From Octopus sinensis (lineage: Eukaryota): a DNA stretch of 64,000 bases. The position numbers were made by a program, and so were the translations under genes. A model generated the notes under the pieces. That model was not told the DNA's origin. It worked only from the letters and a program-made list of their open reading frames with translations, and searched no databases. Position 1 is the first letter of the stretch. Every line of letters starts with the position of its first letter. The DNA lies in contig NC_043008.1 in assembly GCF_006345805.1 (NCBI RefSeq), positions 31,434,001 through 31,498,000 of the forward strand, written 5' to 3'. Of this stretch, positions 22,904-34,844 are shown piece by piece.

Positions 22904-25896
22904 GACTATCCACAATACACAAGACCGCCACAGCAAATAGACCCAAGGTGGACACCGCCGGCAGCAGCATACACCTCACCTCGATGCTCCTACTGAACAT
23001 CAGAGGACTGCTAACACTCAGTGATAGGACAAAAATCCCGTTCTCGAGAGACTTTTTTGCATGCAATCAAGCCTTATGCATAGCACTTACGGAAACACAC
23101 CTGAAACCAGACATAGCAGATGCGAAATTACACATACCACAGTATGTTGTACTACGGACCGACAGAAAAGAAAGGAGTCATGGAGGAGTTGCTATGTACA
23201 TCCGTGAGGACCTCACACCCCAGGTCCTTTTGTCATACTCAAACTCGGTGTGTGACACACTAATTGTACATATAAGGCAACTTGGTGTAGTTGTGTGTGC
23301 TACATATCGCCCTCCAGATGCCCCAAGCCATGTAGGCAAGTTTGAAGACTGCCTTATAAAAATAGAAGTTCTAGTCACATTAGAACAACACATAAGTGTA
23401 CTTCTTATGGGAGACTTCAATCTACCCAATGTCAGATGGCCCGAGGGCCTTTCTCTCCCAGGAATGACACGATGTGAACGAGGACAGGCGAGGTCCCTCC
23501 TGAACCTCATCAACACCCTGTACATGGAGCAAGTAATACTCCAACCAACCAGGGCAGGTAACATACTGGATCTCTGCTTCACAAATAATATGGATCTCAT
23601 CCATAATGTGAAAGTGACACCGACACTACTCTCGGATCACAACATGGTAGAGCTGACCATGTACGGGCCAAAGGAAAGCATGGACATGCAGCCTACAAGA
23701 AACTCTCAGAATCTTTCCAGCTTGAACTTCCATAAGGCAAACTGGAAACAAATTGAGAAAGATCCTCAAACAAAACTGGCCTGAATGTCTCTCCTCGCCA
23801 GACATCGACATGAAACTTCAACAATTCATGTCTGTAATGCAAGCCATATGCTACAAATGTGTCCCAGAGAGAAAGGCCACTGTACACAAGAACAAAATCC
23901 CCACAGAGAGGAAAATTCTAATGAGACGGCGTACAAAAGTTTCAAATCGCCTAAACAAACAAATTGAAAGCAGTGAAAAGTCCCGCCTGAAAATAAAACT
24001 GTTAGAAATTGAAAAATGTCTGCAACTCTCCCATGTAAAGGAAAGAGCAGACAAAGAAGCCTGGGCTATAGACAACATAAAATCTAACCCCAGAGCTTTC
24101 TACAGGTATGCCAAAGAAACAGCTACGGTGCACTGTAGGATAGGGCCACTCCTTGAAAAGGATGGCACACTCACAGGAAATCCAATGAGGGTAAGTGAAA
24201 TACTAAATGAGCAATTCAAGAGTGTTTTCACTCCACCCCTTGGGCATTTCCAAATCAGCAATCCAACTGACTTCTTTGCCACTGCAGATATAGAATCAGA
24301 GGCAGCGATGATTGATTACATCAATATAAAGGAAGACGATGTAATAAAGCTATAGATGAAATGAAAACAAACTCAGGACTGGCCCCGATGGATTCCCGGC
24401 AATCCTTCTAAAAGTATGTAAGAGAGTCCTAGCAAGACCACTGCAGTTCCTCTTTTAGAGCTTCCTTGCAGCTGGCAAACTTCCAAGAAAACTGAAGGAA
24501 GGTAAAATATGCCCTATTCATAAAGGAGGTAGCAGAGCGGAGGCCAAGAACTACAGACCTATCTCTATGACCTCAGACATCAGCAAGGTCATGGAACGAA
24601 TAGTCAGAAGGAAACTAATCACCTTCCTTGAAGAAAATGACTTGCTGCCTGACACCCAACATGGTTTCCGACCAGGAAGAAGCTGCTTAACTCAGCTCCT
24701 ACAACACTATGACTGGGTGCTGAAACGACTGCTCAACCACTCAAATGTGGAAGTCATATATCTCGACTTTGCAAAGGCCTTTGATAAAGTCGATCATGGA
24801 ATGATATGTCACAAACTGCGTGATCTTGGCATGGTTGGAAAATTGGGAGAATGGCTTCATGACTTTCTGAAGGATAGAAGTCAGGTGGTAGTAGCCAATG
24901 GGGCCACTTCCATTAACACGCAAATAGTGAGCGGTGTTCCGCAGGGCACTGTTTTGGGAACACTACTGTTCATAATGGCCCTCTCAGACATGCCCTCAGC
25001 CACGCAGAGAGCCACGATCACAAGTTATGCAGATGATACAAAAGTTTCACAGGTAATACAGAACCCTGATAACACTAAACACCTGGAATGTGAGCTGGAC
25101 GAAATATACAAGTGGGCTGAAAAGAATAGCATGCAGTTCAATGCTGAAAAGTTTCAAGCTTTATGCTATCAGCATGCAAAACTAAATGCAATACTCAATG
25201 AATACACTGGACCCGGAGGAATTGCAATTCCAGAGGCACAATCAGTGCGTGACCTGGGTATTTACATGAGTGATGACGCAACCTTTCATGTACATGTTGC
25301 TAAATTGGCAATGAAATGTAGACGGCTGGCCGGATGGATTCTTAGAACCTTTAGAACAAGAGACCAAGAAACCATGATGGTCCTCTGGAGGACACTTTTC
25401 CTAAGCCACTTTGACTATTGCTCTCAGCTATGGTCAACGAAGCTACACGAAGAAGATAGCCTCTGTGCAACATATAAGCTACTGGGAAAGACTCAAGAGA
25501 TTAAAACTCTATTCCTTGGAGCGTAGGCGAGAAAGATATGCCATAATATACATCTGGAAGATCCTGGGAGGACTTGTCCCAAACTTTGGCATCGAGAGTT
25601 ACACAAATGCCAGAACTGGGCGCCACTGCGTGGTGCCAAGGACTCCAAATTTACCATCAAGATGTAGGACAAGATACTGTGATAGCCTGGGCTTCAGAGG
25701 CCCACAGCTCTTCAATATTCTCCCGAAGAACCTGAGGGACCTGCATGGGGTGGATGCAGATGTCTTTAAAGTAGGACTGGATCTCTTCTTGTCAGGTATC
25801 CCAGATGAACCAACTTCACGGCAGGAGGTGCAGATGAGGGCAGCTGCATCGAACTCTCTCATGAACCAAATGGCAGTTGCTAAAAAGCATTCGTGA
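22900..25896 (+). pseudogene. LINE ORF2: APE endonuclease plus reverse transcriptase (frameshifted)
   Basis: APE motifs LLNIRG, LTETHL, GGVAMY, YRPP, GDFN, LDLCF, SDH; RT motifs NYRPIS, QHGFRPGRSCLTQL, YLDFAKAFDKVDH, GVPQGTVLG, YADD, RDLGI; C-terminus YWERLKRLKLYSLERRRERY. Frame breaks near 23760, 24350-24390 and 25435. Confidence 0.93.
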
Positions 25897-26637
25897 AGTA
25901 AAATCATGTAACAACACCAAATGGCCGTGCCCCAGCATGGCCACAGCTCGTGAGCTGAAACTAGATAAAATTAAAAAATAAAATAAAATAAAATATATAT
26001 GTATTCTTTTTCTTTTCTGCTAGTAGGCTGCGACTATGCTGGTGCGCCGCCTTGAAGTACAATTAGTTGAATAAATCGACCCTAGTACTTTTTTCTTAAA
26101 GCCTGATGCTTATTCAATCGGTTTCATTTTGCGAACCGCTAATTTACGGGGACATACACAAACCAACACCGGTTGTCGAGCTATGGTGGTTAACAAACAC
26201 AGACACAGGATCTTTTCCTTTTGATGGACGTCCATCAAAAGGAAATGATCCAACGATAATCATATGACGAAATTATTACTGATAACAATAAACGATTTCT
26301 ACCATACATATATGCATGTGTATGTTGGTGTATGTATAAATGTCTGTGCGCGCGTGCGCACGTATATAATAGCACCTTTAACTAAAATCAAACAAAATCT
26401 ATTAAAGGGCCCATTCATGTCTGCGTATATAAGTGTCTGGTGACGTGTTGAGATTTAAGCGTTTAGACATATGCTACTGCAGTGATTGAGTTACGATGTC
26501 TGAAGACATGTTGTTATTGTGGTTTAACCCCGGGTCAATAATGATCATGTAGACCTTATGATCAAAAGGGTTCCAACTGTGTTTTTATATATTTTATTTA
26601 TCTATTTTTTCCAGACATGAAAAAATATTTTCTTTAT

Positions 26638-26808
26638 AGGCGCAGGCATAGAAGTGCTTGAGAATCTCGCTTTGCAGCTACTTGCTTGTTTTAGGTTCGT
26701 TCCCACTGGATGGTAACTTGGGCAAGTGTTTTCTATCTGTAAGTGAAATAAAAAAACATATCTATAAATGAAATTGGTAGACGGATACTCAGCGGAAGCC
26801 CGTCGTAT
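26638..26808 (+). mobile_element. SINE family A, 5' half; its internal TA tract is interrupted by the HHR repeat
   Basis: aggcgcaggcat...ttgggcaagtgttttcta...gaagcccgtcgtatat, immediately followed by (TA)n and 26831-27034. Confidence 0.75.
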
Positions 26809-26830
26809 ATATATATATATATATATATAT

Positions 26831-27034
26831 AAAGTTAATCCAAACAAGAAAACAAAAAGACAACAACGCGAGGATGTGGAACAAATAAAGTATTATTGGA
26901 CGTTCAGGAAAGAAGGGAAGAAAGAGGGTATGACGTTTCGAGCGGAGCTCTTCGTCGAAAACATAGGAGAAAGAAAGATCCCGAGGTGGGAGAACAGAGG
27001 GAAAAAAATGCAAGTGGTCTTCACGAGGTCACAT
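26831..27034 (-). mobile_element. Short non-coding HHR-bearing repeat (PLE-type 3' end)
   Basis: Minus strand TCGACGA-A-GAGC-TCC-GCTC-GAAAC-GTC-ATAC at about 26931-26970. Confidence 0.78.
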
Positions 27035-27042
27035 ACTATATG

Positions 27043-27083
<41 letters not shown>

Positions 27084-27087
27084 ATGT

Positions 27088-27375
27088 GTTGTTCCTTCTC
27101 GAGCCATGCCTGGCTCCTAAGGGCCGGTTTCCCGGTTTTCTTGGCATATAGGTTCCCCACCTGGACAGGTCGCTGGTGAGCTGCAAGATACAGGAGGAAA
27201 GAGTGAGAGAAAGTTGTGGCGAAAGAGTCAGCAGAAGCTCGCCATTACCTTCTGCCGGAGCCGCGTGGAGCTCAGATGTTTTGCTCATAAACATACACAT
27301 CGCCCGGTCTCAGATTCGAACCCGCGATCCCTCGACCGCGAGTCCGCTGCTCTAACCACTAGGCTATGTGCCTCC
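27088..27375 (-). mobile_element. OR-type SINE (same subfamily as 2626-2929)
   Basis: Reverse complement of 2626-2929 with substitutions. Confidence 0.85.
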
Positions 27376-27379
27376 ACTC

Positions 27380-27428
<49 letters not shown>

Positions 27429-27980
27429 TATTGAAAGATCCAAGGTTCGAGGTGTAGGAGGAAGGTTAGCTTGAAGCAAACCGTAGAAAATATAAAAAAC
27501 AACTTTCAGGAACAATAGTGCCACTATTGAGGTGGAAAGTTGTGGATGTTTTCCTAATGTTTTCTATTTCACAGAAGGACTCTAGGGTTGCAAAGTATGC
27601 AAATAAAATACAAGAATTAAGGAATGGAATGTCTCTCCGCTTTAAGCGTGCTCTCTACACGTTCTCCTCGAATTGCCTTTGTGTTGACATGTACCTCCTT
27701 ACAACAATGTAAACTTCATTTAATCAAACTACCCTTGGCCTGAAGAGTAGGCTGTTGTGCATACGTCGCTAGGATATTTACCACTTTCGAGGTTCCGGAT
27801 ATTATCTACGCCATTCCTTAACTCTTGTATATATCAATATATATCAACACACACACACATACATGTATGTATGTGTATTTTCAAGAATGTAGTTGCGTAA
27901 AGTCAGAACAATGTGAAAAGGTACAATACAAGCTACAAAATGAAAACAAGTTCCCCTGCTCCCAATACACAAGCGCGCGC

Positions 27981-28038
<58 letters not shown>

Positions 28039-28570
28039 CACACAACACACACACACACACACACACACACATCTGAGCTACACAATTTTCCAACCAACGC
28101 TTTTCCGAATGTCCTGAAGGAGGGGTCTTCATCCCGAAATATTGAAATACAAAGTAAAACTGCAACTTCGTTCTGTTTTCTTTTCATTTGGTAGTCTACT
28201 TTGAACCGTTTTGCATTGTTCCGGTTTTACGCAACTACATTCGTTAAGTTACACTTCACAATGCTTCATAAAAACTACTTCTATCCACACCGCCCTTGCC
28301 AGAGCACGGTCCGTGGACCGTGTATCTGCTCTCTCTCCCCGAACCCGCCCTGTAGTCACCCACATCCCTTTTCCCCTCACTCCTACCACACCCACGACCC
28401 TACCTCTCCAACGCACCATTCTTCGAGCTTCCGTCATCTCCAGTCCGACCGTCCACTTCACACCTCTTCCCTAACCGACCCCTCCCCTCTTTCAAACGAG
28501 CCCACAACCTTCGAGACCTTTTGGTCCATAGCTCCTTCCTTGACCTACCTCCAAACCGGCTCGTTCCCCC

Positions 28571-28965
28571 TGCTCCCGCCCACGTTGCCGCACTTGCCCT
28601 TACCTCTCCAACACCACCCTCCTCACTAGCACCCATCATCGACCCTATCCCATCATCAACTCCTTCACCTGCACCTCCAGCAATATTATCTATTGCGTCT
28701 CTTGCTCTCTCTGCCATTCCTTGTACATCGGACAAACGGGACGCCGCTTGGCTGACCGGTTCGCGGAACACCTTCGTGACATCCACCTTGTGAACGACAC
28801 ACCGGTCTCACACCATTTCCGCTCCACCGGTCACTCCTTGCAACACCTATCTGTGTTCGGTTTGTCCTTACACAGAGGCCATCCGGATTCCCGTTTGCGC
28901 CGTGAACAGGAATTAATCTTCTCTCTTCGCTCTTATACGCCATTTGGTCTCAACTCTCCTCCTTC
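28571..28965 (+). pseudogene. Cys-rich linker plus GIY-YIG endonuclease of the PLE
   Basis: Open frame from tgc at 28571 through YIGQT and EH to P.GLN; upstream thumb/linker is frameshifted. Confidence 0.88.
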
Positions 28966-29339
28966 CTCATCTAACCCCCCTCCTCACCTACCTCCCCCCC
29001 GACCCCTACTTCTTCAGTCCTTCATCCTTTCACCCCTACTCCCCTTCCCTTCTTCCCTCTTTCTCCCTCCCTCCTTCCCTCTTCCCCTTCCCTCTGCTAC
29101 CTCACTCCCCCTCCCTCTTCCCTCTTCCCCTTCCCCTCTCCTCCCCCTCCCCCCTCCCCCTCCCCTTCCTTCTCCCCCCTCCCATCTCTCCCCTCCCCCC
29201 TTTCTCCCTCTTCTCCCTCCTCCCCATCTTCTCCTCTCTCCACACTACACCACACGACTTACACATCACATCATATATGATGTGCCATACTAATACATAC
29301 ACCAACTAATACATACTAATACATACTAATACATACACC

Positions 29340-29745
29340 ACCCTATACATACACACGTCCAGACCTCTCATACGCACTAATACTCTCTCATATACACACA
29401 CACACACACACACACTTATAGATACTAATACAAATTAATACATACTAATACATACACCAACCCTATACATACACACGTCCAGACCTCTCATACGCACTAA
29501 TACTCTCTCATACACACACACACACCCTTATACATACTAATACATACTAATACATACCAATACATACACCAACCCTATACATACACACGTCCAGACCTCT
29601 CATACGCACTAATACTCTCTCATACACACACACACACACCCTTATACATACTAATACATACTAATACATACACCAACCCTATACATACACACGTCCAGAC
29701 CTCTCATACGCACTAATACTCTCTCATACACACACACACACACCC
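29340..29745 (+). repeat. Four-copy tandem repeat of about 105-120 bp inside the PLE 3' UTR
   Basis: ccctatacatacacacgtccagacctctcatacgcactaatactctctcat recurs at about 29341, 29461, 29572 and 29677. Confidence 0.9.
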
Positions 29746-29910
29746 TTATGTTGGAGCAGGTCATTCAACCCTATTATCTCCCCTAATTTCGCTCTCGCGT
29801 CTCATGTTTAATCTTTGACTTCTGGCCGAAATCAGATCGCCATGTTGATTCGTTAGTTACTGCACGCATTTTTTTTCTCTCCTTCTTTCTGTGTTTTTTT
29901 TCTCTGTGTA

Positions 29911-29948
29911 TCTTTCTGTTGAAGAGCGTAGACTCGAAACGTTAAAGA
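29911..29948 (+). ncRNA. Minimal type I hammerhead motif in the PLE 3' end
   Basis: TCTTT-CTGTTGA-A-GAGC-GTAG-ACTC-GAAACGT-T-AAAGA: 5-bp stem I, ACGT palindromic stem III; A6 is T and stem II has one mismatch. Confidence 0.65.
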
Positions 29949-30048
29949 CTTGTTTTATTTATATTTCCTGAGCGCCATACTAATACAATTGTTTGTTTGT
30001 TTTCCACCTGCCTTCGTCTTTTGTCTATTTTCATAAAGCTTCCCGTTA

Positions 30049-30103
<55 letters not shown>

Positions 30104-30555
30104 ACTTATAAACAAGGGCAAGAGAAAAATTATTTCAATGCCAATATGCTGAGAACAGACCTTAAATCTTGCTTTTGCTTTTGGTTTTTTTCCATGGGTG
30201 CATGTAAGTATTTCATTTATTTCTTATCGTATTTTCTACTGAAGAGGGGAAAATTCATAGGATTAATCCTGAAATTGATTCAATATAGAAACACAATTCC
30301 TTGTGTTGTATGTCTTGTTTCTCTGGGGGATTTTTTTCGTTGTTTGAAAAAAGTTCGTTTTTATGTTTTTGTTTTTATGTTTTCATTTCTCATTGTGTTC
30401 AACGTTTCTTTGATGTCCTGCACCCATGTATGCATGTATATATACATATATATGTAGGTATGTACATATATGTATGTATATATATGCATATATTTATATA
30501 TTATTTATATTATTATATGATCGAACGCCACGCATCCTTTTCTAAGTAAGTTTTT

Positions 30556-30651
<96 letters not shown>

Positions 30652-30771
30652 ATTATATATATATATATTATATATATATAATATATATATATATAATATA
30701 TATATACATATATATATAAGAAGTACAAATGAAGAAATTTATTTAAAGTGATGTCATTATTAAGCTGGTGT

Positions 30772-30985
30772 AAGGCAGTGAGCTGGCAGAATGGTTAGCA
30801 CGCCGGACAAGATTCTTAGCTGTATTTCATCCGTCTTTACGCTCTGAGTTTAAATTCCGTGGGGGGTCGAATTTGCTTTTCCTCTTTTCAGGGTCGATAA
30901 AATAAGTACCAGTCAAGCACTGGGGTCAATGTAATCGACTTGCCCCCTCCCCCAAAATTTCAGGCCTTATACCTAAAGTGGAAAG
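30772..30985 (+). mobile_element. SINE family B, near full length
   Basis: gcagtgagctggcagaatggttagcacgccgg...gagtttaaattccg...ggggtcaatgtaatcgact...ggccttatacct. Confidence 0.85.
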
Positions 30986-31463
30986 GATTATTAAGCTGGT
31001 GTTTAATATACATAAATTAACATTGAATTTTGAGGGAAAGGTTTTACTATGATCACTTTAAATCATAAAGTTTATATCATAAACCCAAGGGCAGCCACAG
31101 GCGGGTTGGTATCAAAAGGATAGGAGCTTAAGAACCGTGTGGTGTTGAAAGGAACAACGCACATATGGTCGTTCGATTGAAGCTCAGCATTTGGTACTTT
31201 GAAGGGAACACACTTCTGCTATTGCGACCGCTACTGCTGCCGTTGCTGTTGTAGCAGTCATTATTGAGAATGTAATTATTTAGCCCTATATGAGTAACCC
31301 TTTGTTTCCCTAGCTTAACACTTCATCTGGGGTTGGGTGTCTTTATAGGAGTTCATTCTGATGCAAAATTCCAAACATGATATTAGTGACGTAACTAAAG
31401 TGTGTGCCACTGGAAGCAGCCTTTTCCTTCCTCCCACTCCCCACCATTCCTATATAAACTTAT

Positions 31464-31895
31464 AGGCGCAGGCGTGGCTGTGTGGTAAGAAGCTTGCTTC
31501 TCAACCACATGGTTCTGGATTCAGTTCGGTTCTACTGCGTGGTACCTTGGGCAAGTGTCTTCAACTATAGTCTCGGGCCGACCAAAGCTTTATGAGTGGA
31601 TTTGGTAAAGGGAAACTGAAAGAAGCCCATCGTGTATATGTGTGTGTGTCTGTATGTGTGTCTGTGTATGTGTGTGTCTGTGTGTCTATATTTGTCTCCC
31701 ACCACCGCTTGCAACCGTTGTTGCTGTATTTATGTTTGACCGATACAATAAGTGACCGATACAATAAGTAGCAGACTTTAAAAAAAGACAAGTACTGAGG
31801 TCGATTTGTTCATTCGACTAAAAGTTCTTCAAAGCAGTATCCCAGCTTGGCCGCAGTCAAATGACGAACACAATTAAAAGAAAAAGTAAAGAAAA
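31464..31895 (+). mobile_element. Full-length SINE family A (OK-like)
   Basis: aggcgcaggcgtggctgtgtggtaagaagc...ccagcttggccgcagtcaaatgacga. Confidence 0.88.
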
Positions 31896-32551
31896 GGCCT
31901 AAAGCCTTCCTCCACAACTTAAAAGCGTCGCCAGAGGCAGATCTCCTCATCTCAGCCATCTCTCATTTCTAGCTACTCTACATCATGACTAGCAGGTAAA
32001 CTATGAGCTCGGTATTTTTTCTCTGATTGGTTTTGGAAGCGTTACAAAAAGAGAAGAAAAAAGATTAAGAGCATCGCTTTTCCTCCTCTGATTGAGCGTA
32101 AAAAATGCCAGCCAATATTGAATGCTCTTAATGCTCAAAGACATTTATTCCTGAGTACATGTGTCAAAGGAGTCAAACGACAACTCTGAATATTTATAAT
32201 GAATCAAATGGTGACATATTACCGCCCAACAAATAAATTTGCTCTGTTCTTTTACTGCTATGTTTATCTTCTTATCCACGATTAGAAACAACTACCACAT
32301 CTTTATTTGAATAATATATATCAGCGACAAAGGTAGTATTAGTACCGAGAGGTAATATTTATTTTCACTTAAACGTGGACGTTCAGTTAGAACAAACTAT
32401 ACAGCGATAGGTACCACGAGAGAAACTCTTGTCTATACCGTTAGCGAGGAGATAAACCCCTATCATCTCCAACGCCGAGGCCAACAGCTCGAATGATTTC
32501 GACATTCCTTGATCTCGTCAATGATGGATGTGATTTAAGAGATTTGGCTGA

Positions 32552-32631
<80 letters not shown>

Positions 32632-32859
32632 TGTATGTATGTAGTATGTATGTTGTATGTATATGTATAGTATGTATAAGTATATTATATTATATATAGA
32701 TATATATAAATATATCTAATATATATATATCTATATATATATCTATATATATATATATATATATAATATATATATATTGTCATATTTCGGAATGGTCATT
32801 TTAGTGTTTAGCCAATAAATATATAAACGTATATATATATATATATTTTTTTTTTTTGA

Positions 32860-33256
32860 TTTTGATTTTGCTTCAGCTAATGAGCTGTGGCCATGCTGGG
32901 GCACCGCCATTTGGTTTGCTACACGGTTTTACCTCACGGATGTTTTACCAAACGCCATCTGATGCATGAGAGAGTTCGATTGCAGCTGCCCTCATCTGCA
33001 CCTCCTGCCGTGAAGTTGGTTCATCCGGGACACCTGACAGGAAGAGATCCAGTCCTACTTTAAAGACATCCGCATCTACACCATGCAGGTCCCTCAAGTT
33101 CTTCGGGAGGATATTGAAGAGCCGCGGGCCTCTGAAGCCCAGGCTATCACAATATCTTGTCCTACATCTTGATGGCAAATTGGGAGTCCTTGGTACTACG
33201 CAGTGGCGTCCGGTTCTGGCATTTGTGTGAATCTCGATGCCAAAGTCTGGGACAAG
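32860..33256 (-). mobile_element. 3' fragment of the same LINE family as 22112-25995, running into the gap
   Basis: Translates PSRCRTRYCDSLGFRGPRLFNILPKNLRDLHGVDADVFKVGLDLFLSG.PDEPTSRQEVQMRAAA, near-identical to 25650-25850; same 3' tail. Confidence 0.93.
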
Positions 33257-33356
33257 NNNNNNNNNNNNNNNNNNNNNNNNNNNNNNNNNNNNNNNNNNNN
33301 NNNNNNNNNNNNNNNNNNNNNNNNNNNNNNNNNNNNNNNNNNNNNNNNNNNNNNNN
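33257..33356. other. Assembly gap (100 N)
   Basis: Run of N. Confidence 1.
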
Positions 33357-33402
33357 TATCAAAGGTAGTTAGAGATTTACTCGCTGCTGCCAAATCTTCA
33401 TA
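33357..33402 (-). CDS. Candidate host-gene exon fragment (YEDLAAASKSLTTFD), truncated by the gap
   Basis: Strong acceptor on the minus strand (ttgtcctttttttcctctttcaag|), then an open non-repetitive frame up to the N run. Product unknown. Confidence 0.35.
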
Positions 33403-33654
33403 CTTGAAAGAGGAAAAAAAGGACAATTTCAGTGTGATTACAATAAAAACAACAACAACATAAGCCGCAACAACTAAAACAAACAAACATGTAAGTTACT
33501 AAAAACCATCAACGAAAATTCCAAAAGAAAAACAAGTTATTACGCAAAAAATAACATAAGCTGACTTCAGAGATTGACCTTACCATACCTACATATCGTC
33601 ACAAGATACTCTCCTAACTCCTACAGCCAGCCTCTCTCTCTCTCTCTCCTGCAA

Positions 33655-33685
<31 letters not shown>

Positions 33686-33694
33686 ATATTATAT

Positions 33695-33742
<48 letters not shown>

Positions 33743-34036
33743 CATATAATATATGTATTGGTATGTATGTATGTATGTATGTATGTATGTACGTATGTAT
33801 GTATGTATGTATGTAGTATGTATGTATGTATGTATGTATGTATGTATATAATCTGTGTCTCAATGTCGTGCCAGCAGCTTGAAACGACAGCGCCAAGCAT
33901 TTACTGTGAGTCAAATGGTGCCAAATTGCCACCCAACATTTAAATTTGTTCTACTTCTTTATCATCGTTCAGTTATTATTTTTTTACCCTTTTGTACTCC
34001 TGACACAGGAGTAGAAAACAACAGCGCTAAGAACTG

Positions 34037-34088
<52 letters not shown>

Positions 34089-34297
34089 AACGACAATTGC
34101 AGGCAAATAAGAACGGTTGGTAATTACAAATAATTGAAGGAAAGGAAAGATGGCATTCACAATGGTCACATCACTTCGCCTCAGTTTCACTAACTGTCGT
34201 CTGACGTGAAGTATGACAATTTGCAACGCCTGACATTATTATTATGCATAGTTCAGATTTCCTTTAGATTTTTGTCAGTTTTTAGGTGGTTTATCCT

Positions 34298-34333
<36 letters not shown>

Positions 34334-34534
34334 GCAGGCATGGATACGAGTTAAAACAAACGTTGTGAACTTGATACCAGCATCGTTTGCAATATTGATG
34401 GAATATTTTCTATCTTGTACAAGTAATGCTGTGTCCATGTCGGAATCGGGAAGAATGAGGTTTGAGCCTTCTTGAGCCGATTCCATTATCAAAGACTGTT
34501 ATGTCGTTTATTTCTTTTTCTTTTCTTTTTTTTT

Positions 34535-34844
34535 TAATGTTTCATTCATTAGACTTGAAGAACTTTTGGTCGAATGAATCGACCCCAGTATTTATTTCTT
34601 TTAAGCCAGGTACTTAGTCTATCGGACTCTTTTTGCAGAACAGCGAAGTTACGGGCACGTCAGCAAACCAACACTGGTCGTGAAGCGGTGATGGAGAGAA
34701 ATACAGACACAAATACACACACAATGTATAATGTGTGTGTGTGTGTGATGGGCTTCTTTCAGTTTCCGGCTTTGGTCGATCCGACGCTATAGTAGAAGAC
34801 ATTTTCCCAAGGTGTCACACAGTGGGACTGAACTCGGAACCATG
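34535..34844 (-). mobile_element. SINE family A, degenerate
   Basis: gaatcgaccccagta...atgggcttctttcagtttcc...ccaaggtgtcacacagtgggactgaactcggaaccatg. Confidence 0.8.

Larger units (their letters stand above)
22112..25995 (+). mobile_element. Near-full-length APE-RT non-LTR retrotransposon (LINE; Proto2-like or CR1/L2-group, clade not resolved by eye)
   Basis: ORF1 remnant, ORF2 with endonuclease and RT, short 3' UTR ending in a hairpin and (AAAAT)n-like tail. The 5' UTR may extend upstream. Confidence 0.93.
28195..30046 (+). mobile_element. Neptune/Poseidon-type Penelope-like element, 5'-truncated (thumb, Cys linker, GIY-YIG, 3' UTR with HHR)
   Basis: HLFPNRPLPSFKRAHNLRDLLVHSS (PLE linker), CSRPRCRTCPY...FTCTSSNIIYCVSCSLCHSLYIGQTGRRLADRFAEHLRDI...SHHF...RLRREQELIFSLRSYTPFGLN; HHR at 29911-29948; 3' end abuts (TA)n. 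Confidence 0.88.
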
